A stretch of 62,820 nt of DNA, counting the filler, from Chiloscyllium plagiosum (taxonomy: Eukaryota): NCBI RefSeq assembly GCF_004010195.1. It is 3 parts of one record of this genome, joined end to end, with 100 filler letters (N's around TTAATTAATTAA, not from the genome) between each part and the next. Parts side by side here need not be neighbours in the genome. Positions count along the whole stretch, not along the records: positions 18,165 to 42,293 come from NC_057715.1; 2 more parts are not named here. One strand, 5' to 3'. Below the pieces are notes generated by a model. That model was not told where the DNA came from. It did not search any database and was given only the letters and a program-made list of their open reading frames with translations. Positions 27,381 through 38,509 of the stretch are shown here, one piece after another. The first letter of the stretch is position 1. Each line of letters starts with the position of its first letter. A program made the translations under genes and the position numbers.

Positions 27381-28854
27381 ATTGCTGTTGGTTTTGGGAG
27401 ACCTGATTCCTGAACTGGCTGATCTGCACAGCCAGTTTGTTATTGGTATTCATATTTTTTGAAGACTGATTTCTGAACTAGCTGATCTTCACAGTCAATG
27501 TGTTACAGATGTAATTCAGTTCTCATGAGAGCGCTGTTGTTTCACTGGCTAGTTGCAGCTGATGTGTTACTCTTTTTCTGTTTTATCTTGAGAAAAAGAC
27601 AATGCTGATTTTGTGGCAGGGCTTAGCCTTTGCCCTCTGGTTTTCTTTCTTCTTTGCATGTTTTCACTTGGTGTTTGGTCTGAGTCCCTGTGAGTCAACT
27701 GCACCTTTCCAGATGAACTGTTCCTCTATGGGTAGACCTGACCCTCTGTGGGTAGACTAGGCCTCTGTAAAGACTGAATAACTGTGTGTGTTGGGAGGTG
27801 AGCATTTGATGCATGCTGGAGTGAGTTCTGGCTTCAGGAGTGGACTCTGCCTTTGAGAATGGACTAGGCCCCTGTGAGTTAATTGCACCTTTACAATGAA
27901 CTGTATTCCTATGAGTGGGCCTGGTCCTCTGGATGGACCAGGCCTCTCTGGAGACTGAACACTGTGTGTGTGCTGTGCAGTGTTCATTTGCTGTCTTCAG
28001 GAGTGGACTCTGCACACTGGGGTAGACTCTGCTTTTGGTTGTGGACTCTGCATTCTGGAGTGGACTCTGTTCCTGGTAATGGACTCTGCATTCTGAAGAG
28101 AATTGTTTCTGGTAATGGACTCTGTTTTTGGTAATTGACTCTGTCTTGTTGCTTGTTGGGTTATCACCTGCACAGTATCTTGTGTCCCTGGGTCTGACAG
28201 GCCTTACTGTGAGCTGAGAGGCTTATAGGTCATCTGGACAGCTGTCACCCTGAGAGCTGGAAGGTGGTAAGGCCATTCTGAGCATTGCTGTGCTGAGAAA
28301 GGAGTAATCTGGCTGTCCTAGAAGTGGCCAGAAGGTGTCAGGGCAGCCAAGAGCCAAAAGTTGCGTAGTTGAAGGCTGGAAGGTATGGGCTGCCCTGAGT
28401 GCTGTCATCCCAGGGAGGGGGACAGGCTCTCCTAGAGGTGGCTGGAAGGTGTGTCAGTATGGGTGAGAACCAGATGGTGCATAGGAGTGGACCAAGAAAC
28501 TGGAAGGGGTATGGGACGGACCAAGAGTGGGAAGGAGCATTGGGGCGGGCAACCTTTGTGTGGCTGGAATGTGGAAGGGACAAGTGGTTTCCTGGGGACA
28601 GGGGAGAGGAGGGGAGGAGGTTGTTGTGTTCTATGCACTGTTTTTCATTGGACTGGACTGTCTTGTCTGTTTGTTATTGTTTCCTTTTTGATGACTGAAG
28701 TTGGGATCTGTGGTTCGCCCTCATTTCCCTGTTCACTCACTGGATGATGGGGTTTGGCCTTGCTGTCCCTTCCCCTGTAAATAGTAGCTTTTGTGAACTG
28801 CTGCTTTTTGTTTATTGTCAATTGTTAATATTTTGTTCTGTTTCATAAAATAAA
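27381..28854 (+). mobile_element. About 1.5-kb non-coding non-LTR element in the 3' LTR
   Basis: No long ORF; internal repeats; 3' end homologous to 24227-24465; followed by atataaacagg (28855-28865) and resumption of the LTR. Confidence 0.65.
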
Positions 28855-29228
28855 ATATAAACAGGTGATTCAGGAACTGACTCTGAGCTGGCTGGTCACA
28901 GCCAGTGTACTGTGCACAAGTAAAGAAAAGTTGACTTGGTGATACGCTACTGACTTCTGTGCAGTTATTTCACCTCCAAACCCAAACTGAAAATCAGAAA
29001 ACAGAACCAGTTTTTGATCAGAAATCTCCTGTCTCAGAGCAAAAGTCATGGCCTCACCCTTCTGTAATTCATTCTATTCATGAACTCACTTTTATTCTTA
29101 TCCCACACACCCACTAGTTCAAAGGCATCTTCCTTTCATACTGTCCAAGAAAATCTTCATCCTTTTCTGAAAATCACCTCCCTCCTCCCTATGATTTACC
29201 CTTTGCCTTCAGGTTGTCCACTTATAAA

Positions 29229-29588
29229 GTCATAGAGATATACAACTCGGAAACAGACCCTTAGATCCAACTCCCATGTCAACCGGGTATCCCACCCTAA
29301 TCTAGTCCCATTTGCCAGCACTTGGCCCATATCCCTCTAAACACATCCTATTCATATACCCATCCAGATGCCTTTTAAATGTTGTAATTGTACCAGACTC
29401 CACCACTTCTTCCGGCAGCTCATTCCATACATGCACCTCCCTCTGCATGAAAAAGTTGGCCCTTAAGTCCCTTTTATATCTGTCCCCTCTCAACCTAAAC
29501 TTATGCCATCTAGTTCTGGACTCCCCCACCCCAGGGAAAAGACTTTGTCTATTTATCCTGCCCATGCCCCTCATGAATCTTATAACTT
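29229..29588 (-). mobile_element. CR1 LINE 3' end
   Basis: WNELPEEVVE...FKRHLDGYMN plus tail. Confidence 0.85.
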
Positions 29589-32500
29589 ATGAGATTCCCC
29601 CATTCTTCTGATTTCCCATATCTGATATCCACTTTTCTGTTCTCTAACTGCTCCATGCTAGTAAAGGCCTCAGTGCACCACCTATAACTAGTGCCTATCT
29701 AATGCTTGGCAACCAGCTGAGAAATGGAGAAAAATGATAAAACAAGCTCATCTGCCCCTCCATCATCCCCTACCTTCCTTCCACTACTGTCTTGTGATGA
29801 ATGCAGAGGCCATTGTTACTTCCTCCTACTATCTTATGATGAATACAGAAGCCATTGCTACCTAAATAGCTCATCTAATATGAGCTGATAAAATGTAATG
29901 CTCAATGTATGTATTATGTGAAGGAGCTGTTAGAATGCTTGACTACTTTGTAGCCTCCCTCTCTGTATTAAGCTAAGTTGAGTGATAGACATATTGTAGT
30001 TACAGTCTTCATCTAGACATGTTCTTCCATTTGATAATCTTTCTTCGGCCTGATACCTTTTACTTCATTTGCTTCAACAGTTAAAGCAAACTTCCCCCAA
30101 GCTTTGTTCCTGATATGATATCTTATGCTTGTTGTATAAATATTGCATCTAAAATATGACGAGAGGTACTCTAGTCAAGTAATATTGCATTTCATGTGAT
30201 GTTTTTGTTTCTTTCAGTGATAAAAGTATCACAGGGTGATGTGCCCATTCCTTTAAAGGGCAATCCAACCACTGAACAGACTGGAGGTCTGTTATCCAAA
30301 GGTATAGATCTACGATCATTAGAAGTAGCTTCATTGACCTGTATAGAAGAACGGATAAGAAAGAGACCAACCTTAATCTTATACTAACTGGTTGCTGACC
30401 TTTTTCTTGTTTCTGTTTTCATTCTCTTCTTGATCTTGTAAGGAGCAATACATGCTTTGAATGCATTATTTGTTAGTAATTTCCATGTTAAGAAAGTTGT
30501 TTGTTGCACATTTTAAAAAAAACCCTTGAGCAGAAATTTTGAGTTACATATGTAGAAAGCAGTTTAAATGTTCATTTTCCCATCTTGTGTAATTTGTCTA
30601 CATTATGTGGTATAGCCTATTTCATTTCTAAATAAACAAAAGTATTACACTGCCTTTCCACAAGTTTATTTGTTGGTTTTGCTGTAGATCTTGTAGGTGG
30701 GACGCATTGTATAAAGTTTTAGGACATTCACATTCAACCTCCAGCTGTAATTTTTTTGGTTGCAAAAGGAATACTAGACGGTGTCCAAGAATAGGAAATG
30801 CAATTCAACTTTTACAAATTCTGAAATTTACTGCAGTCATTTTCAGACAAAAAGGTACTGAGTTTTTTACACAACCATAATTCAGAAGATGTTGTTAATA
30901 TACACACTTTCAAAGATATCTTGTGAACACAGTTCTGGACAATTGCAGAAATTTGACAATCTATAAAAACAGGAACAGTATTTCAATATAATAAATGATT
31001 TGAATTATAACAGCATCTACAAACATTCACTTCCCCTCATCCATTCTTAGTAGTTCTTCCCATCTATAACATTATTATTCTTGAGGCATGGATATCTTAA
31101 AATGCATAAAGGTGGATAAATCCCCAGATTAAGTATAGGAGTTGGGAGGTCATGTTGTGGCTGTACAGGACATTGGTTGGGCCATTTGTGGAATATTGTG
31201 TGCAGTTCTGGTCTCCCTTCTATAGGGAGGATGTTGGGAAGCTTGAAAGGATTCAGAAAAGGTATACAAGAATGTTGCCAGGGTTGGAGGTTTTGAGTTA
31301 TAGGGAGAGAGGAATATCTGGTTGGTATGGACGATTTGGATCGAAGGGTCTGTTTCCGTGTTGTACATCTCTATGATTCTATGTTTAAGTATCACTTAAA
31401 ACTGCATCCTCAGCACAAATGATTGCTGTATTGCAATCAGGAATTATAGTAATATTACAGATAGTCCCCTGCTTTATATTTCAGTGTGTATAATGTAAAC
31501 CTATACCAAAATAATTAAAAAGACAGGTAGAATAGCATGGAATAGAATACTTACAAAACAGGAGGAGGCCATGGGCATGTTGGTTCTTTTATGAATCTTA
31601 CTGAAATTGTGCTCTCTGGTTCTCAATTCTTCTGCTAATAGGAACAGTTTCTCCATATTTACTCTGTCCAGACTTCTTGGGATGTTTTACATTTCTATAT
31701 ATTCTCAGAATAATTTCAGCTTTACCAATCTTCCTTTACAACTTGGGTTCCTCACCAATCTTTTCTGCACCCATCTAAACTCTTCAATCCTTTCAGCAGT
31801 ATGCTGTCCAGAACTGCAAACATTACTCCAGATTAAAATTGTGTTTTATACATATTCATCACTGTTCCCTTACTTTTGTACTCTATGCCTCTATCTATAA
31901 AGTCCAGGATCCCAAATACTTTTCTTATCACTTTCTCAACCACATCTGCCACACTTCCTCCTCTGTGCCCTACACACTATTACTGTCTGGACTGGAGGAA
32001 TGATTGTAGTAGAGTTGTACAGGGATCGGTATTGAGACTTTTGCTTTTTCTGATATAAAATAATGATATGAATCTTGGTGTGCAAGGGGCAATTTCAGAG
32101 TTTGCAGCTGACACAAAATTTGGAAAAATAATAAACTGCGTGGAGGACAGTATGGAACTCCATTGACAAGTTGCTGGAATGGGTGGATTTGTGTAAGATG
32201 AGGTTCAATGCAGAGAAATGTGAAAAAATGAAGTTGAAGAACAGAGCGTACAATTTTAAAGTGGGTGCAGAAGCAAAAGAACCTGGGTATAAAAGTGCAC
32301 TGATCATGAAAGTGGCAGGACAGTTTGAGAGCTTTATGAAGAGTATCAGAGTACAAGAACAGGGAAGTGAAGTGGAACTTGTATAAGCCACTTAGAGTCA
32401 TAGAGATATACAGCACGGAAACTGACCCTTCGGCCCAACTCGTCCATGTTGACCAGATATCCAAAATTAATCTAGTCCCATTCGCCAGCATTTGGCCCAA

Positions 32501-33695
32501 ATCCCTCTAAACCCTTCCTATTCATATACCTATCCAGATTCCTTTTAAATGCTGTAATTGTACTAACCTCACCACTTCCTCTGGCAGCTCATTCCACACA
32601 CGTACCACCCTTAGGTCCCTTTTAAATCTTTCCCCTCTCACCCTAAATCTATGCCATTTAGTTCTGGACATTCCCGCCCCAGGGAAAAGATCTTGTCTAT
32701 TTACCCTATCCATGCCCCTCATGATTTTATAAACCTCTATAAGGCCACCCCTTAGCCTCCAACGCTCCAGGGAAAACAGCTCCAGCCTATTCAGCCTCTC
32801 CCTATAGTTCAAACATCCAACTCTGGCAACATCCTTGTAAATCCTTTCTGAACCCTTTCAAGTTTCCCAACATCTTTCCTATAGGAGGAAGACCAGAATT
32901 GCACACAATATTCCAAAAGTGGCCTAACCAATGTCCTGTACAGCCAGAACATGATCTCTTAACTTCTATACTCAATGCTCTGACTAATAAATGAAACCAT
33001 ACCAAACACCTTCTTCACTATCCTATCTATCTGGGACTCCACTTTCAAGGAACTATGAACCTGCACTCCAAGGTCCCTTTGTTCAGCAAACTCCATCAGA
33101 CCTTACCATTGAGTGTGCAGGTCCTGCCCTGAATTGTGTTTCCAAAATGCAGCACCTCACATTTATCTAAATTAAACTCTACCTGCCACCCCTCAGCCCA
33201 TTGGCCTACTGATCAATGTCCTATTGCACTCTGATGCAACCTTCTTCGCTGTCCACTACACCTTCAATTTTGGTGTCATCTGCAAATTTACTAACTGTAC
33301 TTCTGTGTTTACATCCAAATCATTTATATAATTGACAAAAAGCAGTGGACCCAGCACAGATCCTTGTGGCATATCACTGGTCACAGGTCTCCAGTCTGAA
33401 ATGCAACTCTCCACCGCCGCCCTCTGTCCTCTGTCTTCTACCTTTGTGCCAGTTATGTATCCAAGTGGTTAGTTCTCCCTGTATTCCATGTGATCTAACC
33501 TTGCTAACCAAGTGATCTACCATGAGGAACTCTGTTGAATGCCTTACTGAAGTCCATATGGATCACATCCACCACTCTGCCCTCATCAATCCTCTTTGTT
33601 ACTTCCTCAAAAAACTCAATCAAGTCAGTGAGACATGATTTCCCATGCACAAAGCCATGTTGACTATCTCTAATCAGTCCTTGCCTTTCCAAATA

Positions 33696-34748
33696 CAGAA
33701 CAACTTCAATTATCTGAACAAGATGGCAGGGAGTATTTTGTTCGGATAACCGATTGTTCAGATCATAAACAAAGGAAGCCAGACTGAACATAAAATGTAA
33801 AAAAGCATGTTTACAGAGTTTTTATTTCATTCAATCAATAAAATGTGTACAAACACTGGATATTGCTTAAAAATTAATGACACTTTGCAAATAAATTAAC
33901 TTTTTGTGTCCATCACTTCACTCTACAACAAACTGCTTCACTATGCACACCTCCTTACACCAAGTTGACAGGCAGAGTTGAGTTTCTAACTTAATGTTGA
34001 CAGAAGTCGGATTACTTGCTTTACCACCTCCCTCAGTGGCCAGCCATTCTCCTTGCTTCATGATACTGATGAAAGGGATCTCCAGGAAAGATGCTAAAAA
34101 ATCCATTTGGACCAGTTGGTCAGCAGATTGTGTGAACGCCAGAATGATTCCCTGGGCCACAGTGGACTGGCAGATGGATTGTAGGAGGGACTCTGGATCA
34201 GGCTGCCAGCACTGATTACCATCTCTAGGCTCAGGTTGTAGGGGAGGAAGTTGCTCCTTAAGACTGCCTCCACTACTTTGAGCAGTGCTTGTTGCAGGAG
34301 GGCTCGCCGGGGGTGCGGGCAGCACATTGCCTAGGCTCACGGTGTGTCCGATCCAGTTCAGGATGTGGCACAGCTATGGGTGAGGTTGGTAGAGACTGAG
34401 GACAGTGTGCAGGAAGCCAAACAGGGTCCAGAGCTGCTGCTTGCACTCCATGGCAGCAAATAATACTAGAGCAACATACCAGGCTGCAAGGAGCAAATTG
34501 CACAAGTCCAGTTAAACTGAGAAGTACTAAACCCTCACCGTCACATGAATATGGAAATCCCAGCATTAAAGAAGGTCCTGAACAGCTTCTGACATCACAA
34601 GAGCATTTGTCAGTTTCCACTGAACTCAGTGTCATGATAGAAAGACAGAAGCTCCGCCTCATTGATGTAACATTTTTATGGGACCTTGAGATCTTGTTCG
34701 AATAATCCAAAATTCGGATAATTGATATTCAGATAACAGGCTGTTCTA
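33696..34748. mobile_element. Non-autonomous Tc1/mariner-superfamily (pogo/Tigger-like) TIR element carrying the GluN3 fragment
   Basis: TA at 33694-33695 and 34749-34750 interrupts the CR1 RT sequence (compare the uninterrupted ccaaatacatgtacatcctgtcc near 41607). Left end CAGAACAACTTCAATTATCTGAAC; right end reverse complement TAGAACAGCCTGTTATCTGAAT. Repeated TTATCYGAA/TTCRGATAA motifs at both ends. Confidence 0.8.
34025..34451 (-). pseudogene. Decayed first coding exon of an NMDA receptor GluN3 subunit (GRIN3B-like), inside a TIR element
   Basis: Kozak GCCATGG at 34451. MECKQQLWTLFGFLHTVLSLYQPHP*LCHILNWIGHTVSLGNVLP, frameshift, RRALLQQALLKVVEAVLRSNFLPYNLSLEMV, frameshift, PDPESLLQSICQSTVAQGIILAFTQSADQLVQMDFLASFLEIPFISI. 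Matches recalled GluN3 motifs HPQPC..L.RIGH.V..G, LPYNLSLE.V and DP.S.LQS.C. TAG at 34376-34374; candidate donor near 34024. Confidence 0.85.
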
Positions 34749-35309
34749 TACGTACAAAACCTGTCCATCAGGATTCCCTCCAACAATTTTCCACTATCGA
34801 TTTCAGGTTCACCAGCCTATAGTTCTCTTTTCCTTACCACCTTTCTAAACTGGTGGTATCACATTAACCAACCTCTAGTCTTCCACCACCTTACCTGTGA
34901 CTATCGATGATGCAAATATCTCAGCACGAGACCCAGCAATCACTTCCCTAGCTTCCCACAGCGTTATAGAGTACACCTGATCAGGTCCTGGGGATTTATT
35001 AACTTTATGCATTTCAAGAAATCCAGCACCACCTCCTCTTGTAATATGGACATTGTTCAAGATGTCAGCATCTATTTTCCCACATTCTATATCTTCTATG
35101 TCCTTCTCCACAGTAAACACTGAGGCAAAATGCTCATCTGGATTCCACACAAAGGCTGCCTTGCTGATCTTTGAGGGACCCTATTTTCTCCCTAGTTTTG
35201 TGCTTAATATGTTTATAAAATCCTTTTGAATTTTCCTTAACCCTATTTACAGAACTGCTTTATGTGCTCTTTTTTCCCTCCTGATTTTCCTCTTAAGCAT
35301 ACTCCAACT

Positions 35310-35925
35310 GATTAGATTAGATTAAATTACTTCCAATGTGGAAACAGGCCCTTCGGCCCAACAAGTTCACACCGACCCGCTGAAGCGCAACCCATCCAGA
35401 CCCAGACCCCTACATTTACCCCATCACCTAACACTAGGGCAATTTAGCATGGCCAATTCACCTAACCTGCACTTTTTTGCACTATGGATGCAAACCGGAG
35501 CACTTGGAGGAAACTCACGCAGACACGGGTAGAATGTGCAAACTCCACACAGAGAGTCGCCTGAGGCGGGAATTGAATCCGGGTCTCTGGCGCTGTGAGG
35601 CAGCAGTGCTAACCACTGTGCCACTGTGCCGCCCACAGATTCCCTACAGTGTGGAAACAGGCCCTTCGGCCCAACCAGTCCACACCGACCCTCCAAAGAG
35701 TAACCCATCCAGACCCATTTCCCTCTGACTAATGCACCTAACATTGTGGTGCACTATGGGCAATTTAGCATGGCCAATTCACCTGGCCTACACATCTTTG
35801 GATTGTGTGAGAGCACCCAGAGGAAACCCATGCAAAATCCACCCAGACAGTCGCCTGAGGCTGGAATCGAACCTGGGACCTTGGTGGTGTGAGACAGCAG
35901 TGCTAACCACTGAGCCACATGCCGC
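35310..35925 (-). mobile_element. Two tandem HE1-type V-SINEs
   Basis: Copies at 35310-35634 and 35637-35925. Confidence 0.88.
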
Positions 35926-37538
35926 TAGCCTTTACACTTTTCTAAGAACTCGCTCGATCTCTGCTGTCTACACCTGACATATGCTTCCTTCATTTTCTTG
36001 ACCAAAACCTCAATTTGTCTAGTCGTCCAACATTCCCTACACCCAGCAGCCTTGCCTTTCACCCTAACAGAAACATACTATCTCTGGGCTCTTGTTATAT
36101 CATTTTTGAAGGCTGCCCATTTTCCAGCCGTCCCTTTATCTGTGAATATCCGCCCCCAAACAATTTTTGAACGTTCTTGCCTAATATCATAAAAATTGGC
36201 CTTGCTCCAATTTAGAACTTTAACTTTTAGATCCAGTCCAACCTTTTCCATTGCTATTTTAAAACTAACAGAATTATGCTTGCCCCAAAGTGCTCCCCTG
36301 CTGACACCGCACTCACTTACCCTGCCCTATTTCCCTAGAGTAGACCATGTTTTGCACCGTCTCTAGCAGGAACATCTGCATATTGAACCAGAATTTTTTT
36401 TTGTACACACTTAAATTTCTCTCCATCTAAACCCTTAACACTATGGCAGTCCTAGTCTCCATTTGGAAAGTTAAAATCTCCTACTATAATCACCCTATTA
36501 TTCTGAGAGATAACTGAGATCTCCTTGCAATTTGTTTCTCAATTTGCCGCTGACTATTTGGGGTTCTCTAGTACAATCCCAATAAATTGATTATTCCCTT
36601 CTTATTTCTCAGTTCTACCAAAATAATGTACCTGGATGTATTCCCAGGAATATTCTCCCCTAAGGACAGACTTAGTCTTACCAAAAATGGCACTTCCCCT
36701 CCTCTCTTGCCCCCTTCTTATCCTTCCTGTAGTATTTGTATCCTGGAACATTAAGCTGCCAATCCTTTCTATCCCTGAACCACGTTTCTGTAATAGGTAT
36801 GATATCCCAGTCCCATGCTTATAACCATGCCCTGAGTTCATCTGCCTTCCCTATTAGGTCTCTTGCATTGAAATAAATGCAGTTTAATTTATCAGTCCTA
36901 CCTTGTTCTCTGCTTTGTACCTGCCTGCCCTGACTGCTTGATGTGCTTCTTTTCCCAACTGCACCAGTCTCAGACTGATCTTTTTCCTCATTATCTCCCC
37001 TCCCCCCACCCTAATTCAAATCCTCCTGAGCAGTTCTAGCAAATCTCCCTACTAGCATAATAGTTCCATTCCAATTCAGGTGCAATCTGTCCTTCTTGTA
37101 AAGGTCACCTCCACCTCAGAAGAGATTCCAATGATCCAAAAATGTGAACCATTCTCCCCTGCACCAGCTCCTCAGCCACACATTCTATCCTCCTATTCCT
37201 CCCCTCACTAGCTCACAGCACCAGGAGTAATCTAAGTATTACTACCCTAGAAGACCTCCTTTTTAAATTCCTCCCTAATTTCCTATATTCTTGCTTCAGA
37301 ATCTCATCCTTTTCCCTTCCTGTGAAATTAGTTCCAATGTGTACAACATTGCTTATCTCTCTCCCCTTTGAGAATGTTCTGAACTCTTTCCAAGCTATCC
37401 TTGATCCTGGCACCAGGGAGACCATTCTGATTTCTCGCTGTTGGCCGTAGAAACATCTGTCTGTGCCTTTGACTAGAGAGTCCCTTATCACGATTGATCA
37501 CTTGGAACCTGACATGCTCCTCGTTATATTAGAGCTAG

Positions 37539-38255
37539 TGTTATGACACAGCCGTAAACCCTTCTGTTAATTAAACCAAACACACCAAAAATCTCTCCTC
37601 ACTTCGTAATTTGTTAAAGTATCAGTGACAGAGAATTACCCAAATTCCGCTATTTAAAAAAAATATCAATTTTATTCTTTACTTCTAAAGTGAACATTAA
37701 ACAACATCTATTTACAATTCTAAGCCTCCTTTCTCTTAAAGATTTGTTATCTACCTCCACTCTATAACAATCTACTGATCCAATAAAGCCCCTGTTAAAT
37801 TTACACTAAATAAAGTGTTTTCAAAACCAGACAGTGGCTGTCGCCTCCAGTGTGGATCTTCCCCTGGCTGTAGTTTTCCCTGGGTCGTCTTCAGTCTTCT
37901 GCTGCAAAGATGTTTCATATGAAAAAGGTATCTTTGACTGTTTTCAGGCAATCTTTCTGACAATGGCAGATGGTGTTCTTTTCTCTGGGTAACTGTTCAA
38001 AATGCTGGCTTTTTATATCCCAAACATCGGATCATCTCATTGATTCGATTTTGTCAAAGCAGTAAAATTTAAATTTTTAGTATCTTGGGTCATAATTTAA
38101 ACTGATTGGTTAAATTCAAACTGTTGTGAAAACAACTGGTACCTAGGTTACAGCCAAAATGTTACATCTTTCAATTTTCTAGCACACTCTGTGACATGAC
38201 AGGTGTCGCCAGTTTTCAATCTCTCTTAAAGGTAAACGCCTTCAACATCATTACA
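37539..38255 (-). mobile_element. Solo LTR inserted in CR1 ORF1
   Basis: TGTTATGA...TTACA termini; degenerate 4-bp TSD (ctag/acag); ends resemble 7030-7724. Confidence 0.7.
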
Positions 38256-38509
38256 ACAGTCTCAATACCAAAAACTTGGCTGTTTGTGCTACATTCCCCT
38301 GAGAATCACCACCTACATTTTCCAAAACAGCAGACTTGTTTGAGATGGGGACCGCCATAGGAGACTCCTGCACTACCTGCCTCCCTCTGCTTCTTTTCAT
38401 CTACCTGACTGTATCTACAGTTTTCTCCCTTCCTATAATTGCCACCCATCACACCACCATCTCCTGTAAATTCCTCATTATCTCTAACTGCTGATTCATG
38501 AGATTTCAG

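Larger units (their letters stand above)
24120..28972 (+). mobile_element. Degenerate Gypsy (Ty3/mdg4, Mag/K02A2.6-like) LTR retrotransposon
   Basis: TG at 24120 to CA at 28972, TSD cctc. Second LTR starts at about 26885 after a purine-rich tract. Pol remnants WLRKIHLDW, FCKAHPVPFAL..VE.EI.RLE..GII.PV, VIFGMKTFHRYLYG, NADALSHFPL. Confidence 0.88.
32393..38495 (-). mobile_element. Near full-length decayed CR1 LINE hosting nested insertions
   Basis: Collinear on minus: ORF1 (RDSLVKGTD, HIGTN), APE, RT (QHGFVHGKSCLTDLIEFFEEVT, DFSKAF), tail at 32393. Interrupted by an LTR, two HE1 SINEs and the TIR element. Confidence 0.85.

Noticed and set aside
29775..29890. Possible C/D box snoRNA (RTGATGA twice, CTGA)
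   Set aside because: The two C-like boxes come from a tandem duplication of about 42 bp; there is no D' box or convincing terminal stem.
33918..34451. Functional nested GRIN3 gene on the minus strand
   Set aside because: In-frame stop, two frameshifts, no downstream exons found, and enclosed by TIRs within a LINE.
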